Shown here piece after piece: positions 4,138 through 7,420 of a DNA stretch of 7,420 bases. Made by a program: the position numbers and the translations under genes. Each line of letters starts with the position of its first letter. Position 1 is the stretch's first letter. A model generated the notes under the pieces. It did no database searches. It was not told the DNA's origin and saw only the letters and a list, made by a program, of their open reading frames with translations. Source of the stretch: Ruminococcus albus 7 = DSM 20455 (GTDB lineage: Bacteria; Bacillota; Clostridia; Oscillospirales; Ruminococcaceae); assembly GCF_000179635.2 (NCBI RefSeq), contig NC_014827.1:1-7420 (forward strand), read 5' to 3'.

Positions 4138-5556
4138 GTGTTCTGCTTGTCCGATAATGTATTGAATAACTTCCGTGAGTGCTATGAGCTGCTTTCCAAC
4201 GTGTACGATCAGGTCAATGGCGAGGACTTCTATCGTTATATCTTCCCCGACAACGAGAACTCTGGTGAGCTGTCCAGCGATTTTTCTCACCCTAACGCTA
4301 TTTATCTGTATCACGATGAACAGGACGAGGGTGCAAAAAGGCGTTTACGCCGCAGGATAATGCTCAATGATACGTGGGCTTCTGATTATATGGACTATGT
4401 TGAGGGGAACGGCATGACTTTGTGCAGCGGTCTGACTTATCATAGCCGCAGCAACAAGCTCCAGTATGCTCAGACCATGAACGCACTCATTTTTGACCTT
4501 GACGGTGTCGGGCGTTCTGAATTGGAGCACGTTTTGGAGCGTACAACAGGTTCGGGCGATGTTTACCGCAGTATTCCTAAGCCGACTTTCATTGTTTTGA
4601 GTGGGCGAGGGCTTCACTTGTACTATGTTTTTGATGAGCCTATCGCCCTTTATCCCAACATAAAGCTGCAATTGAAGTCCTTGAAACACGATCTCACATT
4701 CAGAATATGGGAGTATAAAGGCACTTCGCAGGTCGAGAGTATTCAGTATCAGAGCATCGGTCAAGGTTTCCGTATGGTCGGCAGCACTAACAGCAAGTAT
4801 GGGAATACCGTCACTGCCTTTAAAATCGGCGGTAAAGTCAGCCTTGATTTCCTCAATAGCTATGCTATTAAGCCCGAAAATCGGGTTGATGTTAACCGTC
4901 CGTACCGCCCGAGCAAAATTGACCGAGCAACCGCAGCGGAGCTTTATCCCGAATGGTATCAGAAAGTTGTTGTTGAGGGCAACAAACGCCCTAACAAGTG
5001 GAATATCGGCTATCGTAAGAAGAAGCAAGTCAAAGACTATGCTCTTTATGAGTGGTGGAAACGCCGTGTGACCGAGATTGAGGGCGGACACCGTTATTTT
5101 TACCTTATGTGCCTTGTAATATACGCCTGCAAGTGTGATGTACCGAAAAAACAGCTCAAAGTCGATATTCAGGCGTGTTTTGAAGTCCTTCGTGCTTATA
5201 AACACAATAACGAGCTGACACAAGATGATGTTGATAGTGCTATGGAGTGCTATTCAAAGGATTATTATAATTTCACGATAGCTGATATCGAGATCTTGAC
5301 CGATGTTCGTATCGAGCGTAATAAGCGGAACTATCAAAAGCAGGAGTGGCATTTGGAAGATATCCGAAGTAAAAAGGCAAATATGAAACGTAGAGGTCAG
5401 CCTTTTAGAAATGCCGAGGGCAGACCAAGTAAGCAGCAGATCGTACTTGAATGGCAGCAGCTGCACCCTATGGGGCGCAAAGTTGATTGTATCAGAGATA
5501 CTGGTTTGTCAAAGCCTACCGTTCTCAAATGGTGGCGAAAGGAGTTTGAAGCATGA
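4138..5556 (+). CDS. Replication protein with AEP-type primase-polymerase (Prim-Pol) core, PriCT-like region and C-terminal HTH
   Basis: AEP-like motifs: ALIFDLDGV (DxD), LSGRGLHLYYVF (sGxGxH) and GFRMVGSTNSKYG (R.xGS.N.K). EGGHRYFYLMCLVIYACKCDV resembles PriCT. The C-terminal GRPSKQQIVLEW...GLSKPTVLKWW resembles a resolvase/Hin-type HTH. The start is uncertain: GTG 4138 overlaps its own GAGG, whereas TTG 4147 sits 6 nt after GAGGTG (4135-4140). Confidence 0.75.
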   Translation: MFCLSDNVLNNFRECYELLSNVYDQVNGEDFYRYIFPDNENSGELSSDFSHPNAIYLYHDEQDEGAKRRLRRRIMLNDTWASDYMDYVEGNGMTLCSGLTYHSRSNKLQYAQTMNALIFDLDGVGRSELEHVLERTTGSGDVYRSIPKPTFIVLSGRGLHLYYVFDEPIALYPNIKLQLKSLKHDLTFRIWEYKGTSQVESIQYQSIGQGFRMVGSTNSKYGNTVTAFKIGGKVSLDFLNSYAIKPENRVDVNRPYRPSKIDRATAAELYPEWYQKVVVEGNKRPNKWNIGYRKKKQVKDYALYEWWKRRVTEIEGGHRYFYLMCLVIYACKCDVPKKQLKVDIQACFEVLRAYKHNNELTQDDVDSAMECYSKDYYNFTIADIEILTDVRIERNKRNYQKQEWHLEDIRSKKANMKRRGQPFRNAEGRPSKQQIVLEWQQLHPMGRKVDCIRDTGLSKPTVLKWWRKEFEA

Positions 5557-6104
5557 GCAAAACCATAAAGCAGATCGCTGACGAGCTGGGCGTGAGCAAA
5601 GACCGAGTAAAGTATCTAGTGAAAAAATTACCCAGTGGGTGGGTAGAAAAACGGGGAAATATTACCTACATAAATGCTGATGGTGAACGGAATATCTATA
5701 TGCTAGAGGGAAAAAAGTGGGGAAAATCTGACGAAATTACCCATATTGAAACCGAACTTGATCGGGTAATTTCTACCCACTTACCCACCGAAGAACAGAA
5801 GAAAGATATGGAAATTGAGAGGTTAAAAGCTAGGGTTGCAGAACTTGAACGCCAATTAGAATATGAAAGGGCTAATTCCGAAGAGAAACAAGCTCTTTTG
5901 AAAGCGTGGAATGATGAACAGATACAGCAATTTAATCGCATAATTGAGGATAATAAAAAATTATTACAGCTTATAGACCAAGAACAGCAGCTGCATTTAC
6001 GTTCGATTGAGAGTAAAGATAAAGGTCTTGCTATCGAGGAAAAGCAGCCCGAACCTAAGCGGCATTGGTGGCAGCGTAAACGAAAGGAGCCGACCGAGGA
6101 ATGA
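5553..6104 (+). CDS. HTH plus coiled-coil protein (DUF536-like plasmid replication-associated type)
   Basis: ATGA stop/start overlap with the upstream gene. GGAG at 5541-5544 lies 8 nt upstream. N-terminal HTH: TIKQIADELGVSKDRVKYLVKKL. The C-terminal coiled coil ends in LLQLIDQEQQLHL, which from memory resembles the DUF536 signature. Confidence 0.7.
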   Translation: MSKTIKQIADELGVSKDRVKYLVKKLPSGWVEKRGNITYINADGERNIYMLEGKKWGKSDEITHIETELDRVISTHLPTEEQKKDMEIERLKARVAELERQLEYERANSEEKQALLKAWNDEQIQQFNRIIEDNKKLLQLIDQEQQLHLRSIESKDKGLAIEEKQPEPKRHWWQRKRKEPTEE

Positions 6105-6307
6105 ACGAGCCGACAAAAAAGAAGAAAGGCGGAGCGAGGGCAGGAGCAGGCGCAAAGCCAAAATACGGCTGCAAGACCGTGACAATGCGTGTTCCTGCTG
6201 ATATGGTGGACGAAATCAGGGCTTTTATCTGCAAGAAAAAACATATCGAGCCGAAGCCTGAGCCTGAACAAGAGCTAGAGGGGCAAGTTTCCTTTAGCGA
6301 TATATAA
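6101..6307 (+). CDS. Small basic ribbon-helix-helix-like DNA-binding protein
   Basis: ATGA overlap with the upstream gene. The 68-aa product has a Lys/Gly-rich N-terminal tail (KKKKGGARAGAGAKPKYG). TVTMRVPADMVDEIRAFI fits a beta-strand/helix RHH pattern. The assignment is by pattern only. Confidence 0.55.
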   Translation: MNEPTKKKKGGARAGAGAKPKYGCKTVTMRVPADMVDEIRAFICKKKHIEPKPEPEQELEGQVSFSDI

Positions 6308-6319
6308 GGAGGACTAACA

Positions 6320-6718
6320 ATGGATATCAAGTTTTACAATGAAGAACACCAAAAGGCATTTTACAGCATTTGTAAGCGAATGAAACACCTTGACTGCTAC
6401 CATTTTTCGCTTGCGTATCTTCTTTCTCTCGATAAGGTACTTCGTGAACATACCGATGAAGTATTCGACTTCAAAGAGGACTGTATAAAACGTGAGGGGC
6501 TGCACAAAGGCTTTCAGACAGGCACTTCGATGAAAACAACACGCCTTGCCTTTAACCTTTGGAATGGCTGCTATGATGACGGTGAAACCTACACGAATAA
6601 GGACGGCTATGAAACGGAGCTGCCGAGCAGCTACTACTCGCCCGATCAGATCTTCTGCTGCAAGGACTATGCACCGTACTACTGGCAGGCTATTCGGATC
6701 CGTTTTGAATTGAATTAG
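6320..6718 (+). CDS. Uncharacterised conserved protein, DUF6075-like
   Basis: AAGGAGG at 6306-6312 lies 7 nt before ATG 6320. The 132-aa product has features I recall from the DUF6075 family of Firmicutes mobile elements: N-terminal F.NE.H...F, D.YH...AYLLS, W..G, and FCC..YAPYYWQAIRIRF at the C-terminus. Confidence 0.65.
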   Translation: MDIKFYNEEHQKAFYSICKRMKHLDCYHFSLAYLLSLDKVLREHTDEVFDFKEDCIKREGLHKGFQTGTSMKTTRLAFNLWNGCYDDGETYTNKDGYETELPSSYYSPDQIFCCKDYAPYYWQAIRIRFELN

Positions 6719-6725
6719 TATAGAA

Positions 6726-6755
6726 AAAAGGCGAAACAATAACGTTTCGCCTTTT
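6726..6755. terminator. Bidirectional rho-independent terminator
   Basis: AAAAGGCGAAAC (6726-6737) / GTTTCGCCTTTT (6744-6755) is a perfect 12-bp stem with a 6-nt loop. Its outer 4 bp come from the flanking A-run and T-run. Confidence 0.85.
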
Positions 6756-6757
6756 GA

Positions 6758-6988
6758 TCATTGTTCGATATTACTTTTTTTGACTAAAATCCAATCACAA
6801 GGAAATATATGTTTTTTGTCTGCTTTATAAACTAGTATTAAAACAAATATCCATATATGTTTGGTTTTTACTACGTTATTATTTCCTAAAGAGTCCCTTA
6901 TGATCATTGCAGAGGGTCCATCCTTAGAATTAAATATATCTTGCTGTTGTATGTGTTTTAGAATATAATTTTTTTCTTGTAATTTCAT
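6758..6988 (-). CDS. Hypothetical small protein (weak call)
   Basis: Internal ATG at 6988 gives MKLQEKNYIL..., 76 aa, with one hydrophobic stretch (HIWIFVLILVY). No SD, and only 2 nt after the upstream stop. AT-rich. No recognisable domain. Confidence 0.3.
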   Translation of the reverse strand: MKLQEKNYILKHIQQQDIFNSKDGPSAMIIRDSLGNNNVVKTKHIWIFVLILVYKADKKHIFPCDWILVKKSNIEQ

Positions 6989-6990
6989 TA

Positions 6991-7233
6991 TTAAAGTTTT
7001 ACCGTTGAGCTGGCGTTTCCTAAGTAAGCCTTTCCGCCTGCAATAGTTGTAATGTAGACGTTTTTCCAACCAACCTTTACTTTCTTGGTGTTTTTCGGAA
7101 TTGAAAATGATTTTGTAGAGCCATTTGCCTTGTTATATCTTCCATTAAGGTCTTTGTATTCATCTATTCTGCCTGAAAAATAACTTTTGGGTTTTAATAT
7201 TGATGTGTTACTGCAGTATATTGTTCCAGACAC
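6991..7233 (-). CDS. Hypothetical beta-rich ORF, possibly a 5'-truncated gene remnant (weak call)
   Basis: The only start is GTG 7233, with no SD. The same frame is open upstream to about 7405 without any ATG. A promoter-like element lies at 7283-7311. Confidence 0.3.
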   Translation of the reverse strand: MSGTIYCSNTSILKPKSYFSGRIDEYKDLNGRYNKANGSTKSFSIPKNTKKVKVGWKNVYITTIAGGKAYLGNASSTVKL

Positions 7234-7282
7234 ATTGGTTATCTGTGTTCCTGTTGCGCTCCAATAGAGATGAGCTTTATCT

Positions 7283-7311
7283 ATTATATCACTTTTTTGA
7301 GTGATTGTAAA
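7283..7311 (-). promoter_or_regulatory. Candidate extended -10 promoter reading leftwards
   Basis: On the minus strand: TTTACA (7311-7306), a 17-nt spacer, then TATAAT (7288-7283), with TG at 7291-7290. The region carries the inverted repeat ATCACT/AGTGAT (7288-7293 / 7300-7305); the distal arm lies in the spacer and the proximal arm overlaps the last base of the -10. Confidence 0.5.
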
Positions 7312-7362
7312 AACAGAAATAACACTTTGTATTTGTAATTTGTGAATTTTTCTCCAATAGCA

Positions 7363-7391
7363 TTGACAATATAGGATTTATCCTATATAAT
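7363..7391 (+). promoter_or_regulatory. Consensus promoter reading out of the right end of the window
   Basis: TTGACA (7363-7368), a 17-nt spacer, then TATAAT (7386-7391). The target gene is outside the window. Confidence 0.6.
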
Positions 7392-7414
7392 TAATTATAG
7401 GATAAATCCTATAA
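7369..7414. promoter_or_regulatory. Two 20-bp palindromic operator-like sites
   Basis: ATATAGGAT-TT-ATCCTATAT (7369-7388) fills the -35/-10 spacer. TTATAGGAT-AA-ATCCTATAA (7395-7414) covers the predicted TSS. The centres are 26 bp apart and are joined by the palindromic AATTAATT. Confidence 0.8.
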
Positions 7415-7420
7415 TTTGAT

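Noticed and set aside
3937-4314. 125-aa minus-strand ORF spanning the 48-bp repeat and hairpin region
   Set aside because: It runs through non-coding repeats and the Y/R hairpin, which gives the KKRTKRKK and FFSFFF runs. It is antisense to the rep 5' end. No start signals.
4345-5223. 292-aa minus-strand ORF antisense to the PrimPol gene
   Set aside because: No SD or promoter, no recognisable motif, and a hydrophobic Ile/Leu/Phe-rich shadow composition. The plus-strand frame carries clear AEP motifs.
4175-5466. Small alternative-frame ORFs 4175..4360(+), 4799..5071(+) and 5254..5466(-) within the rep gene
   Set aside because: They are nested in the PrimPol ORF, lack SD sequences and show no motifs.
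5696-6330. Minus-strand ORFs 5696..6271, 5997..6185 and 6055..6330, and plus ORF 6007..6201
   Set aside because: They are overlapping shadows of the coupled plus-strand genes in a purine-rich coiled-coil-coding stretch. Products are Ser/Cys/Arg-rich junk-like sequences with no start signals.
6314-6739. 141-aa minus-strand ORF antisense to the DUF6075-like gene
   Set aside because: It starts inside the terminator hairpin. The plus-strand gene has a perfect AAGGAGG-7-ATG start and a family-like sequence.
7289-7363. 24-codon minus-strand ORF MLLEKNSQITNTKCYFCFYNHSKK
   Set aside because: No SD. It overlaps promoter elements of both strands. It is most likely a chance ORF in AT-rich DNA.

Overview
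This window looks like the backbone of a small mobilizable plasmid or integrative mobilizable element from a low-GC Gram-positive, Clostridia-like host. No integrase or recombinase is visible.

Left to right:
- A toxin-first HigB/RelE(Gp49)-like toxin with an XRE-HTH antitoxin (8-641).
- A bidirectional terminator.
- A minus-strand operon: an AT-rich GIY-YIG nuclease gene overlapping a DUF3847-like relaxase-neighbour gene (707-1397).
- Two back-to-back consensus promoters.
- A MOBQ-type oriT carrying TAAGTGCGCTCT (1544-1555).
- A MobA/MobL (MOBQ) relaxase starting at 1621.
- A Gln/Glu/Lys-rich coiled-coil protein with a polytopic membrane C-terminus (2486-3667). It overlaps the relaxase tail out of frame by about 540 nt, inside a T-depleted tract that is open in all six frames.
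- A strong extended -10 promoter, then two perfect 48-bp direct repeats, then a homopyrimidine mirror repeat with a 17-bp perfect hairpin (3869-4099).
- A primase-polymerase (AEP)-like replication protein with PriCT-like and HTH C-terminal parts (4138-5556).
- Three tightly packed small genes: an HTH/coiled-coil protein and an RHH-like protein, each starting at an ATGA stop/start overlap, then a DUF6075-like protein 12 nt further on (5553-6718), followed by a terminator.
- An AT-rich right end with poorly supported minus-strand ORFs.
- An outward-facing consensus promoter wrapped in two 20-bp palindromes (7363-7414).

The most unusual items are the dual-frame relaxase/coiled-coil overlap, the repeat-plus-hairpin region in front of the PrimPol-type rep gene, and the GTAGGTA motif shared between the mob and rep control regions.

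All family assignments come from motif recognition by eye. No searches were run.
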